DNA of 64,000 bases from an uncultured Bacteroidales bacterium (GTDB lineage: Bacteria > Bacteroidota > Bacteroidia > Bacteroidales > VadinHA17), in assembly GCA_963725785.1 (NCBI GenBank), contig CAVRZV010000014.1:72713-136712 (forward strand), written 5' to 3'. Both the position numbers and the translations under genes were made by a program. Shown piece by piece: positions 1-8,567 of this stretch. Numbering within the stretch: the first letter of the stretch is position 1; every line of letters starts with the position of its first letter. The notes under the pieces were generated by a model. It was not told where the DNA came from. It was given only the letters and a program-made list of their open reading frames with translations, and ran no database searches.

Positions 1-725
1 CTCCTTGGTCGTGGGATTGATCCACCGGTGGTCTTGGGGAAAGACCCACTGCCAGCGCCAGTCCTTCGGCGCATTGGGATACTTGCGATCCAGCGCCGTC
101 GGCATCTGCACGCGGCCCCATCCCTCGGCCACGTCCCGTTCGTGGATCGCCTTGACCTGCTTGAGGTGCTCCTGAAGCGGGATCGTGAGCGACGCGGGTA
201 GCATGGTGATCCGGTCCTTCGCACCCTTGCCGTCGCGGACGAGAATCTCGTGGCGGGAGAAATCGATGTCCTGCACCCGCAGTCGCAGGCATTCCATCAG
301 GCGCAATCCTGCGCCGTACATGAGCGAGGCCATGAGCCTCTTATCGCCGGTCATGTTCGCCAGCACGGCTTTCACTTCCTCGCGGGTCATGACGACGGGC
401 AGGCGCGTCGGCTTACGTGCGCGGATGACCTTGCCCAGATCGCCCACGTCGCGGCCGATCACGTGTCGATAGAGGAACAGCAGGGCCGGCGAGCGCCTGG
501 TTCTGGGTCGAGGCGCTGACCTTCTCCTTGACGGCGAGGTGTGTCAGGAAGGCGTTGATCTCCGGCTCGGCCATCTCGGCGGGATGCCGGACATGGTGGA
601 AGAAGATGAATCGCTTCACCCAGTGGCAGATAGGTTTGCTCGGTGCGGCGGCTGTAATGGCGCGAACGCAGCGCCTCGCGCAGGCGATCGAGGAGCTTGG
701 GCTTCTGCGGTTCCGCTGGCCACAC
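1..725 (-). pseudogene. intI: Integron-type tyrosine recombinase (IntI); 3' end runs off the window; interrupted by at least two frameshifts
   Basis: The minus-strand translation falls in three frames. First: PKLLDRLREALRSRHYSRRTEQTY (frame of ORF 459..923). Second: HWVKRFIFFHHVRHPAEMAEPEINAFLTHLAVKEKVSASTQNQAL (ORF 413..619). Third: ALLFLYRHVIGRDVGDLGKVIRARKPTRLPVVMTREEV...ILVRDGKGAKDRITMLP...ALDRKYPNAPKDWRWQWVFPQDHRWINPTTKE, running down to nt 1. The last motif is the extra segment typical of integron integrases (compare IntI1 [20 protein letters not shown]). The frame shifts are near 627 and 487. The GTG start near 725 is a guess. Confidence 0.8.
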
Positions 726-984
726 AGCTTCGCTTCGGCTGGACGGACGTGTCGGCGTCCCGGCTTGGGCCACTCCCACAGCGTGTTCTCCCCTGCGGCA
801 AAGCCCGGATGGTGACGCTGGCAGATACTCGTACCTCTCTCGCCCGGTGAAAGTCAAGAGCATTCCCCCACCGACTAGTGGCTCTGCGGTGCCCTCCCCT
901 GGTGCGACGGTGCCGCCGTGCATGGGCGATCGATTTGACTCTTGCCTTCCAGGCGATTACGATTCCCCGCGCTGACGCACGGCG

Positions 985-1037
985 TCGATTGGTCAACTCG
1001 TCGAGATGTCAATTGGTCAAGTCGGCGATTGGGTTAC
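985..1037 (+). promoter_or_regulatory. Candidate attI-like region: three imperfect direct repeats between intI and the first plus-strand gene
   Basis: Repeats are tcgATTGGTCAAc (985-997), tcaATTGGTCAAg (1008-1020) and gcgATTGGGTTAc (1025-1037). The last copy contains GTTA. The position, 260-310 bp upstream of the intI start, is where attI normally lies. Confidence 0.25.
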
Positions 1038-1154
1038 CGGGCAATCTGGCAACGTGATAGGTCGAGGTCGGAACTTCCCATTTGCCGAGGTGGCCACTTG
1101 ATTAATCCACCAGTTCACGAATCCACCAACCGCACATACATATAAGGAGGTTCC

Positions 1155-2186
1155 ATGAAGGCAGTTCGATTTCATGAACACGGAGGGCCCGAGGTGCTGC
1201 GGTACGAGGATGTACCCGACCCGACACCGCGACCGACGGAGGTCCTGCTTCGCGTGAAGGCGGTGGCCCTGAATCATCTCGACGTCTGGTTGCGGAAGGG
1301 CCTGCCCGGGATGACCATTCCCCTTCCCAAGATCGGAGGGTGCGACATCGCGGGCGAGGTGGTTTCCGTTGGCGCACTCTGCTCCCGTATCGCTGTCGGC
1401 CAGCGAATCCTCGTCTCCCCCGGCATCTCCTGCGGACAGTGCGCTGCGTGCCTGCGCGGCGACGACAACTTGTGTCGCCAGTTCAAGGTCATCGGCGGTT
1501 ATGCCATGGATGGTGGTTGCGCCGACCTCGTCTGCGTCCCCGAGGTCAACTGCATTCCTTTACCCGAACCCCTGGATTACGTCGGTGCCGCCGCGGTTCC
1601 GGTGGCGTTTCTCACAGCCTGGAATATGTTGGTCCATCAGGCGCGGCTTGCGGCTGGCGAGGACGTCCTCGTGATGGGCGCCGGGAGCGGCGTCGGCACG
1701 GCCGCGGTGCAGATTGGGAAACTCTTCGGGGCTCGGGTGATCGCCGTGGCAGGCACGGACGAGAAGCTAGCGAAGGCGACGGCCCTGGGGGCGGACGAGG
1801 TCATCAACTACGCGCGCCAGGATCTCGCCCAGGAGATCCGCCGGCTCACGGGTAAACGTGGGGTGGACGTGGTGTTCGAACACGTGGGCGGCGCCACCTG
1901 GCAGAAACTCATCCCGAACATCGCGTCGGGCGGGCGACTCGTGACGTGCGGGGCTAGCGCCGGCTACGAAGGGAGCGTGGACATCCGCTACCTCTTCTCG
2001 AAGTCCATCTCGATCCTGGGCGCTTTCCTGGGCACGAAGGCGGACATGCTGACGGTCGTCGGCCACCTCGCCCGGGGCAGCCTGCGCCCGGTGATTGACC
2101 GGACCCTGCCCCTCGCGGACTGCGCGGAAGGGCATCGTCTCTTGGAAGATCGCGCGGTGTTCGGGAAGGTCGTGCTCGTGCCGTGA
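1155..2186 (+). CDS. Zinc-type alcohol dehydrogenase / quinone oxidoreductase family protein (MDR superfamily)
   Basis: Intact 343-aa ORF with AAGGAGG just upstream of the ATG. It has the structural-zinc motif CGQCAACLRGDDNLC and the Rossmann motif VMGAGSGVGTAAVQ. Codon usage is GC-rich. Confidence 0.85.
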   Translation: MKAVRFHEHGGPEVLRYEDVPDPTPRPTEVLLRVKAVALNHLDVWLRKGLPGMTIPLPKIGGCDIAGEVVSVGALCSRIAVGQRILVSPGISCGQCAACLRGDDNLCRQFKVIGGYAMDGGCADLVCVPEVNCIPLPEPLDYVGAAAVPVAFLTAWNMLVHQARLAAGEDVLVMGAGSGVGTAAVQIGKLFGARVIAVAGTDEKLAKATALGADEVINYARQDLAQEIRRLTGKRGVDVVFEHVGGATWQKLIPNIASGGRLVTCGASAGYEGSVDIRYLFSKSISILGAFLGTKADMLTVVGHLARGSLRPVIDRTLPLADCAEGHRLLEDRAVFGKVVLVP

Positions 2187-2187
2187 A

Positions 2188-2292
2188 GGGAAGCTGGCAG
2201 CGGGCAGCTAGCAGCAGGCAGCGAACGGGGGGAAGTTCCAGACGGTCTGGTCGTCGTCTGCCAGCTGCTCGCCTGCCTGGTGCCGGCTCCCC
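2188..2292. repeat. About 105-bp imperfect palindrome between convergent genes (bidirectional terminator or attC-like site)
   Basis: The left arm gggaagctggcagcgggcagctagcagcaggcagcgaacg pairs with the right arm cgtcgtctgccagctgctcgcctgcctggtgccggctcccc. There are several mismatches and a 1-nt bulge, and the centre is about 24 nt. Confidence 0.4.
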
Positions 2293-3000
2293 CTACTCCG
2301 CCCTCTCTTTGACGCGCTCCGCGTCCGCGGCGTACGTTCGCATCCCCCAGAAGCAGAACAGCGCCCCGAGCGCCAGGGCGCCGGGCGCGATCCAGAAGGC
2401 GGCGGCCAGACCTACGTGGTCCGAGACGACACCTACGAGGGCGGGCGAGATGGCATCGCCCAGCGCGTGGATGACGAAGATATTCACGGCATAGGCGGTG
2501 GCGCGCACCTGCGACCGACTGACGTTGGCGATGATCGCGTTGAGCGGCCCCGTGTTGAGGAAGATGAACACCTCCGCCAGGAAGATCGCCGCCAGAACCC
2601 ACGTCCGATCATCCAGCAGGATCACCGCCGCTGCACACGGCACGCTGAGCGCCAGCCCTACCCCGGAGACCAGAAAGTAGGCCGTCGGCAGTCGCGGTAG
2701 CAGGCGGTCGCCCAGCCACCCTCCCGCGATGGTCCCGCCGAGGCCGCTCACCAGGGTGAGCAGGCCGAAGATCAGATTCGCCTCCGCCAGGCCCATCCCC
2801 CGGATCCGCACCAGATGCGTTGGCACCGAGCGCCGCCAGCCCCCCGACGGCGAACGTCATGGCCGTCATCGCCAAGCAACTTCAAGAGATAGCTCTTGGC
2901 CTTGAGAAGCTCCAGGTAGTCCGCCAGCCGGGGTCCTGCCGTGCGGCCCGCAGTCTGCACGGATGGGTCGGCGGCCCCGCGGGCAAGGTCCGGCTGGCGC
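2293..3000 (-). pseudogene. MFS transporter (Spinster-like): C-terminal half only, two frameshifts, 5' half absent at the composition junction
   Basis: ORF 2293..2826 is a six-TM C-terminal MFS half (GLGGTIAGGWLGDRL, LNTGPLNAIIANV). The upstream pieces MTAMTFAVGGLAAL (ORF 2609..2875) and LADYLELLKAKSYLLKLLG (frame of 2772..3266) continue the same protein in the other two frames. No N-terminal TM1-6 follow. Confidence 0.7.
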
Positions 3001-3002
3001 CA

Positions 3003-3266
3003 TACGGTAAACAGTGTGGACCGTTCCGTCTCCTCCGCTGCGATAAACACTTCATGCTTGTCGAAGTGTTTCCTTATAATAGGTCCTGTATCTTCTTTGG
3101 TCAATGTCTTGAAGCATGATAATTCGCTTTTACGGTGTTCCAGGTCCTTTGATACAATGAAGTTTATAGGAGGTACACCTGAACTTGGGTTTAGTACAAA
3201 AAGCGCTTTATTAATATTAACTGTCACTGACCTTTTCATGCCCAAATTTACGGAAGATTTTTTCAA
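3003..3266 (-). pseudogene. N-terminal fragment of a diacylglycerol-kinase-like lipid kinase (YegS/BmrU type), truncated at the junction
   Basis: KALFVLNPSSG lies near the N-terminus. After a 1-nt frame slip at about 3037, GGDGTVHTV follows (GGDGT is encoded by 3022-3036 on the minus strand). The remainder of the kinase domain is missing. Confidence 0.5.
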
Positions 3267-3420
3267 TGTTACATAATATAAATTGAAGTTGTTCCGCGGA
3301 AAGTAGAATAATTGTCAGTTCGCGACCTTTTTTCGAAGCCGGGATGTCCAGCAAAGAGGGATAGAGGGGTTGATTCTAAGCCTGTTTTTACTCAATAAAC
3401 TTTAAGCCTGAATTATCCAA

Positions 3421-3623
3421 AACTTTCCCCTCCTTTTGAAGGAGGGGTGGCCGAAGGCCGGGGTGGTTGATTACTGGCTTACTTTAAATTAAACCCCAAT
3501 TTATGGATATTCATTTCTTTTATTTCTTTTATTGCAGCCTATAGCACACAACAAAAGATCATTATCAAACGACCCTGTCACTCCTTCGTCGTGTCACCCC
3601 TCCTTCAAAAGGAGGGGAAAGTT
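3421..3623. repeat. Foldback repeat element: two inverted arms (3421-3473 and 3564-3623) around a ~90-bp core
   Basis: Left arm: aactttCCCCTCCTTttgaAGGAGGGGtGGCCgaaGGCCggggtggttgat. Right arm: atcaaacgaccctGTCACtccttcgtcGTGtcaCCCCTCCTTcaaaAGGAGGGGaaagtt. The same arms recur at 20382-21800, 22051-22137 and 25275-25433. Confidence 0.8.
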
Positions 3624-3650
3624 TCGGACGAAATCTCCTGGAATTCAATT

Positions 3651-5278
3651 TTATTCCATGAAAGGATACTTAAACCCTGTGGCTGGAATAAGAGTCTCTT
3701 TAATTGTTCTCGGGCTGACCCAGCGGAGGAGGTTGAGGTGGCTTCCGGCTTTATCGTTTGTCCCAGAGGCTCTGGCTCCGCCGAAAGGTTGCTGTCCAAC
3801 CATAGCTCCAGTGGGCTTGTCGTTGATATAGAAATTTCCAGCTGCATAACGAAGTAACCTGCAGGCTTTTATCATTGCATACTTGTCATTACTGAAGATT
3901 GAACCGGTGAGTGCATATGGAGATGTTTCGTCGCATAACTTAAGTGTCTCTTCAAAACGGTCATCGTTATATACATAAACTGTCATAACCGGACCAAAGA
4001 TCTCTTCCTCCATGGTTAAAAAATGTGGATCTTCGGTTACAATAACTGTCGGTTCAATATAATAACCCTTTGATTTATCTCCTGTCCCTCCGGCGATTAT
4101 TTTTGCATTACCTGAAGATTTTACTTTATTGAGATATGACATTATTTTGTCAAAAGAAGGCTCGTCAATTACTGCATTTACAGGATTTTTAAAATCTAGT
4201 ACATCTCCAATCTTAATTTCAGAGATCATTTTCATGATCTCTTTTTTTGTCTCTTCCCAGAGCGACTGTGGTATATATGACCTTGATGCTGCTGAGCATT
4301 TCTGTCCCTGGTATTCAAATGAACCACGAACTATTGCCGTGGCAAGTTCGAGAGGATTGGCCGACTGATGAGCAAAAATGAAATCCTTACCTCCTGTTTC
4401 ACCGACAAGTTTCGGATAGGACCGGTATATGGAGAGATTTTCAGAGACTTGTTTCCAGAGCGAGTTAAAAGTAGAATTTGAACCGGTGAAATGAATGCCG
4501 GCCAGATCCTTGTGTTTTAATACTATGCTGCTTATCAATGCGCCGGAACCTGGGACGAAATTAATAACACCTGCAGGCATTCCGGCTTCCTCAAATACTT
4601 TCATAAGATAGTAATTTGAAAGGAGAGAAGTGGTGGCCGGTTTCCAGACAGTCGTATTTCCCATCAGAGCAACACTCGTGTTCAGGTTAGAGGCAATAGC
4701 AGTGAAGTTGAAAGGAGTAACAGTATAAACAAATCCTTCAAGCGGACGGTATTCGAGCCTGTTAATATTTTCACTTTCGGAAATTGGTTGTTCCTGGTAG
4801 ATAACTGAGGCAAAATAGGTATTAAAACGAAGATAATCAATCACTTCACAGGCAGCGTCAATCTCAGCCTGCATGACATTCTTCCCCTGACCGAGCATGG
4901 TGGCTGCATTGATCCGGTACCGGTATTTTTTAGAAATCAGCTCAGCTGCTTTAGCCATAATGGCTGCTCTTTCCATCCAGGCGAGAGTGTCATCCATTCA
5001 CATTTCGCCTCAAGCGCTGCTTCAATAGCAAGGGCGGCCTCCTTTTCTCAGTGCCATATGATAAGTCGCAAGTACATGACCATGATCTGATGGCATCACA
5101 ACCTTCCCGGTTTTACCGGTACGGATCTCTTTTCCTCCTATGATCAATGGAATGTCAATCACCTGATTTTTTTGTACGGAGAGTTCTTTTTCAAGCAATT
5201 CCCTTCCGGGCTTCCGGGTTTATAGATTAATACCGGTTCATTTTTTGGTTCACGGAAGTTATATATCGCGTTGTTCAT
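3651..5278 (-). pseudogene. pruA: 1-pyrroline-5-carboxylate (L-glutamate gamma-semialdehyde) dehydrogenase; ORF 3651..4997 is intact, the first ~280 nt are broken by about four 1-nt deletions
   Basis: Aldehyde dehydrogenase fold with VGETGGKDF and YQGQKCSAASR (catalytic Cys), and C-terminal ARASGTNDKAGS. The N-terminus is recoverable in other frames: MNNAIYNFREPKNEPVLIYKPGSPEG / ELLEKELSVQKNQVIDIPLIIGGKEIRTGK..ATYHMA / TEK / EAALAIEAALEAKCEW. The slips sit at short homopolymers (for example gcact for gcaact, aaaagg for aaaaagg, tggat for tgggat). Confidence 0.8.
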
Positions 5279-5705
5279 ATAATATGTTTTCTGTAAAAGT
5301 GATCAATTCTCAATCGTATTTCAATGACATTTATCTTATATGATCAAAATCGGATCTTTATACTGATTTTTGTTACACAGGAAGTTGAAACACCGAAATC
5401 GATTAACCGGAAAGGTCGCCAAGTCAGTCCCGATAGCTATCGGGAGCTATCGGATCGCAAAGTTACGCAAAGAAAAGAACTGTAACATCTTGACTTTGCG
5501 CTCTTTGCTACAACTAGCATACTCGCGGTCAAAAAGGGCTTTTTAAACATCTACTGTTTCATCTTCTCAATTACTCTACTAAACACCTCTTTTGTATAAA
5601 AGTTCGTTTATCGGCACTAAGAGCAAATATTCCGGGATATTGTTTTTTATAGTAATTTGCAAATTGTTTCAGAAGAAGAGCTTAACATGTTTAATAATCA
5701 GATTT

Positions 5706-6715
5706 ATGTCAGAATCAAAGTTTTATCATTTTTCTGAAAACGGACTCTATTTTGTATTGGAACTCTTGATGAAGCTGTTGCAGTTATGAAGAAGGTGGTT
5801 TTGTCTGGTTTGATTTTTATCAGCCCGCAAGGGAAGTGATGGCTTCGCTGATTAGTATACAAAATCGGGATTCATCCCTTGTCTGTAGAAGACTGTTTTG
5901 ATGATGAGCAGGTTCCGAAGATTGAGTATTTCACGAATAATACTTTCATTATTTTTAATTCATTCAGTTACTTCAAAAATGAATTGTTTATAGATGAAGT
6001 AAATCTATTTATAGGAAAGAATTTTCTCATTACTGTCAGTGGCCATAATTCGGAAGGAAGAAAACCATTGAATAATCTTGACGAGAAAATTGAGAATGGA
6101 AGTACAAACGCTAAAACAGGTCCGGACTATTTGCTGCATATTGTTCTTGACTGGCTTGTTGATGAGAAATACAAGGCATTCGACGATATGGAAGAGGAGC
6201 TTGAAAATGCTGAGGAATCATTACTTGAGAACGTGGAAAAATTTCAGCCAGTGCAGCTGATCCGTATGAGAAAAAATCTGATGAGACTCAGAAAAACATT
6301 GTACCACGAGAGGGAAATACTGGTGAAGATCTGCAGGCTTGATTGTCCTTTTGTCAGCGAAAAGGCAATTGTCCATTTTCGGGATATTTACGATCATCTG
6401 GCTAAATTTTTCGAGCTGACTGAAACATACAGGGAGATTGAAACAAGTCTTCATGGAACTGTATACTTCTCTGTCTGAATAATCTTATGACCAAAGATGT
6501 CGAATGATACTAATATATCTGTGAGACGTCTGACACTGATTGCGACCATTTTTATGCCCCTTACCCTGCTTGCAAGTATTGGCGGTATGTCGGAGTGGTC
6601 GATGATGACCGGACCTGATAACTGGAAGTTTACCTATCCTCTGTTTCTTTTGGCGATGGTAATTATCGGATTGGTTAATTACTATTTCATCAGGAAGCTG
6701 GAAAAAAAAGAATAA
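5706..6715 (+). pseudogene. corA: CorA-family divalent cation channel-like protein, heavily frameshifted (main pieces 5879..6478 and 6497..6715)
   Basis: Pieces in different frames: MSESKFYHFSENG / GTLDEAVAVMKK / GGFVWFDFYQPARE / IGIHPLSVEDCFDDEQ.. (ORF 5879..6478). Three more slips lie at 6450-6500 (MELYTSLS / NNLMTKD). The C-terminus has two TM segments: LTLIATIFMPLTLLASIGGMSEW...LFLLAMVIIGLVNYYFIRKLEKKE. Confidence 0.65.
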
Positions 6716-6733
6716 AAACGAATGATTCAAAAT

Positions 6734-6948
6734 AATATTACGGTGCTCTGCACCTTTTGTATTAATTCCTGCATGCATACAACTACAAATATTTCGCGGC
6801 TCTGCCGCTGAAGAATATAGTAGAAAGTGCGGAACTTCAGCCCATCTGAAAGTATATTTTAATAGTCGATCTTTAAGGTGCGTAGCACCATAATATTTGT
6901 AGAAAAATGTTTACCAAGTATTGCGAAGGTGCAGAGCACCGCAATATT
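6734..6948. repeat. Four mini-hairpin units (AATATT plus GGTGC-N3-GCACC type) arranged as two forward and two reverse copies between convergent genes
   Basis: Units are aatattacGGTGCtctGCACC (6734-6754), aatatttcGCGGCtctGCCGC (6788-6808), GGTGCgtaGCACCataatatt (6877-6897) and GGTGCagaGCACCgcaatatt (6928-6948). Confidence 0.7.
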
Positions 6949-6952
6949 AAAA

Positions 6953-7504
6953 TTAATTGCGGTTCTGTTTGAATCTTTCGGCTATTGCTGTTTTTTCTGC
7001 ATCGCTGACTTTTGTGGCTTTTTCAAGTATCTGTATAAAAGCAGTCACCTCTTCAGCACTGGCAGGGCATCCTATATTTTGTGCTGGTTTATCGGCACTT
7101 TCAGACGAAGCCCTGATTTTTGAATCAGCCAGAAGGGTTCTGTTTTTATCAAAAATCAGAAAGTAAGGAATTCCGCCACCCTGACCGCCATATTTATTAT
7201 ATACATCAATAGCATCAGGATTCTCGAGGTTCTTTTTATCGGCCCTCTCAAGAATGTCGAGATATTTGATTACAAAATGTTTATCGAAAAAATCCCTGCA
7301 CGACGGATCATTGATGGAAGCTTCAAATTTCTTGCACCAGCCACACCATGAAGCATGAAAAACGATCATAACACTTTTCCCTTCGAGGGCTGCAACCTTA
7401 TAAGCTCCATCCATTATCTTTCCGGCAGGATCTGGCTTTTCCTGGCCTGAAGCGATTCCTGATATTAAGAGAATAATGGCAGAAAATAATATTTTAGATT
7501 TCAT
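6953..7504 (-). CDS. Secreted thioredoxin-fold protein (WCGWC active site)
   Basis: 183-aa ORF with a signal peptide (MKSKILFSAIILLISGIASG) and FHASWCGWCKKFE, a CxxC thioredoxin-like motif. Confidence 0.8.
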   Translation of the reverse strand: MKSKILFSAIILLISGIASGQEKPDPAGKIMDGAYKVAALEGKSVMIVFHASWCGWCKKFEASINDPSCRDFFDKHFVIKYLDILERADKKNLENPDAIDVYNKYGGQGGGIPYFLIFDKNRTLLADSKIRASSESADKPAQNIGCPASAEEVTAFIQILEKATKVSDAEKTAIAERFKQNRN

Positions 7505-7528
7505 CTCAATAAAATTTATTGTAAGTAA

Positions 7529-8248
7529 TTAAACAGCAATCTTTAGCTTATTTATTTCCACACTGTTGCTTAGATCGAACATTGAAAAATGTCTTATTCC
7601 GTAGCACCTGATCGCGTATGAAAAGAAAAGGCCGGAGAGGATATCAATACTGTAATGTCCGTGTGCAAGAAATAAAGCAAGTATTACAATGATCAGGCAG
7701 GTACCTATGATCCATTTGTAAACTCTGTCATTCACAAGAAGGAACAACAAAAACACATTTCCTACATGCCCTGATGGATAAACCCCTAGTTCGTAATTTG
7801 CAAATCCATGAAACAGAGGGTCCGATCCGTTAAACTGCGGTGGATTTCCAAATGGTGTCAGAACGATAAAAATTCCCCGCACAATATAAAAAAGGCCAAT
7901 CAATAATAAGAAAAACGGGATCCTGTTAAAATCTTTTTTATGGAAGAGATATATAAGAGTAACTATTATAGGGATGAGTGCAAAGATGTCATAGATAACA
8001 GCTACATTGATTACAGGGAGCTTATCGAGGATGAAATCAGAAAGCATTGGCAGTGTTTTTCCTGCAGTTACAGAGTTATGGAGATAAGTCTGGGAAACAA
8101 TATTCAATGCTACTCCGGCAAAAACTGAAAGGATCCCGATATATAAATACCTGCTTTTGAATATAGGAATGAGAGAACGGAAAATCCCTGAAATATACAG
8201 CGACAGTTTGTTTATCATTTTATAATTTTTACTCATTAAACTATACAT
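7529..8248 (-). CDS. Polytopic membrane protein with a PAP2_C / sphingomyelin-synthase-like phosphotransferase motif
   Basis: 239 aa with about 6 TM segments. YPSGHVG and HGHYSIDILSGLFFSYAI resemble the SGH and HY-x-D motifs of the PAP2_C (SMS-like) family. Confidence 0.6.
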   Translation of the reverse strand: MYSLMSKNYKMINKLSLYISGIFRSLIPIFKSRYLYIGILSVFAGVALNIVSQTYLHNSVTAGKTLPMLSDFILDKLPVINVAVIYDIFALIPIIVTLIYLFHKKDFNRIPFFLLLIGLFYIVRGIFIVLTPFGNPPQFNGSDPLFHGFANYELGVYPSGHVGNVFLLFLLVNDRVYKWIIGTCLIIVILALFLAHGHYSIDILSGLFFSYAIRCYGIRHFSMFDLSNSVEINKLKIAV

Positions 8249-8341
8249 TAGTTTTTATTATGCCAATGAGATTGTAACATAAAAAATGAAAACAAAGATA
8301 AAAACTTAAGTTGATAATTGCGTCAATAGAAAGAATATCGG

Positions 8342-8560
8342 TCAGGACGACATGTCGCTATATGTCAGAAGTATTTCTTTCCTGTATTCTTCCGGCGCTT
8401 CAATATGACCCCAGGCTGATTGTGTCTGCCATAGTCCGTCATAAGCTGAGTCGTGATATGTACGGATTAAATAGGGGATTTGCTTTTCAGTAAGTATTTC
8501 ACCAAGAAGAATCGCTTCAATCTCGTTTTTAAATACCAGTATTCTTACAGGATTATTCAT
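8342..8560 (-). CDS. Small hypothetical protein (72 aa), possibly DUF2007-like
   Basis: The ORF is tightly packed (7-nt gap) behind the upstream gene on the same strand. I see no strong motif. Confidence 0.5.
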   Translation of the reverse strand: MNNPVRILVFKNEIEAILLGEILTEKQIPYLIRTYHDSAYDGLWQTQSAWGHIEAPEEYRKEILLTYSDMSS

Positions 8561-8567
8561 TCATTTT

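Noticed and set aside
1340-2602. Long alternative-frame and antisense ORFs in the GC-rich part (1340..1855, 1369..1674, 1767..2135, 1988..2602, 2183..2494)
   Set aside because: These are the Arg/Pro/Gly-rich shadow ORFs typical of high-GC DNA. They overlap well-supported genes (the MDR oxidoreductase and the MFS transporter).
1-3000. The GC-rich block as a horizontally acquired island integrated in the AT-rich genome
   Set aside because: Only one border is visible. It truncates genes on both sides mid-ORF, with no att site, tRNA, IR or target duplication. An assembly or binning artefact is the more economical explanation (kept as a finding to be tested).
3532-3857. ORFs 3532..3831, 3591..3857 and 3605..3847, and similarly 25195..25410, 22000..22200 and 50560..50751
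   Set aside because: Their sequences are translations of the palindromic repeat arms (for example SFKRRGK, PLLLKEGWP, CMQRPY) or overlap the pruA 3' end. They are repeat-derived, not genes.
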